64,000 bases of DNA from Vicugna vicugna (lineage: Eukaryota), in assembly GCA_013265495.1 (NCBI GenBank), contig MU058213.1, forward strand, positions 5,539,149-5,603,148, given 5' to 3'. Positions within the stretch are counted from its first letter, which is position 1. Each line of letters begins with the position of its first letter. Below are positions 63,501 through 64,000 of the stretch, one piece after another. The notes beneath the pieces are model-generated. The model saw nothing but the letters and a program-made list of their open reading frames with translations, was not told the DNA's origin and did no database searches. Both the position numbers and the translations under genes were made by a program.

Positions 63501-64000
63501 CAATAAAGATCCATTAAGCACCGACCATGTGGCCCACATTCTGATGGGCTCTGGGCCCCTGAGTTGAAGCCAGAGTTCACTGGACTCTCAGGTGTTCAGT
63601 GAATTCCCACCTTCCAATCTATAAGATCCCGTTGTCTATTGAGCACTGATTCCCAGTCTCCTAGCAGCTTCTCTGCTCATTATTGCTTGGCAAACAATGT
63701 GATTTATGCATGAGGCACACACATTAAGATGCAATGTAGTTATTCCAACTGTCATAACTACTAAATTGGATTGAATGGCAATGCACTAATAGTTCAAGCT
63801 CTGCAGAAAAAAAAAAAGTCAGCCTGAAAATAATCAATTCAATGGTACTTTACAACATTGCCAGAAACAACTGTACAAACAGTAGGAAAGGTGAAGTCAT
63901 GATTGTCATTTATTAACACTAATGTGTGGAGTTTGGGAGGTCTGAACCGAGATGGAGGCCACTGAAATGTGAAGCTAATTTGTCCAAACAGAATTTCTAA

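Larger units (their letters stand above)
21038..64000 (+). other. LIPC: LIPC intron 1 (partial; runs past the window end)
   Basis: GT donor at 21038. No lipase exon-2 peptide (TRFLLF...LVMIIHGW-like) seen downstream. LIPC intron 1 is known to be very long in mammals. Confidence 0.8.

Noticed and set aside
21038..64000. Further LIPC coding exons
   Set aside because: No lipase-like peptide found in the ORF track or by reading. Isolated GTAAG donors (e.g. ~48677, ~57721) lack supporting coding sequence. Short non-coding exons cannot be excluded by eye.

Overview
Mammalian genomic DNA, almost certainly camelid (camel/alpaca/llama), judged from five copies of a tRNA-Ala-derived vic-1-type SINE. 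The only protein-coding sequence I can support is the first coding exon of hepatic lipase (LIPC, + strand, 20953-21037, signal peptide MENPLCVSIFLILCIFIQSSVHGQSLEL). It is too short for the ORF track. It has a liver-type promoter (HNF1 site, two DR1/HNF4-type sites). The 43 kb downstream is LIPC intron 1 (no exon 2 seen). The 21 kb upstream holds ancient L1 debris, MER34-like LTRs and a small CpG island with tandem NRF1 motifs. The rest is repeats: L1, L2, MIR, MaLR/ERV1 LTRs and hAT MER elements. The most informative items are retrotransposition and repair footprints: a U6-L1 chimera, a twin-primed 5'-inverted L1, an internally primed L1 RT fragment, nested insertions and a templated AT-rich insertion. 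I see no convincing undescribed biological system. The listed ORFs are repeat-derived or chance ORFs. Repeat family names and human comparisons come from memory, not from a search.
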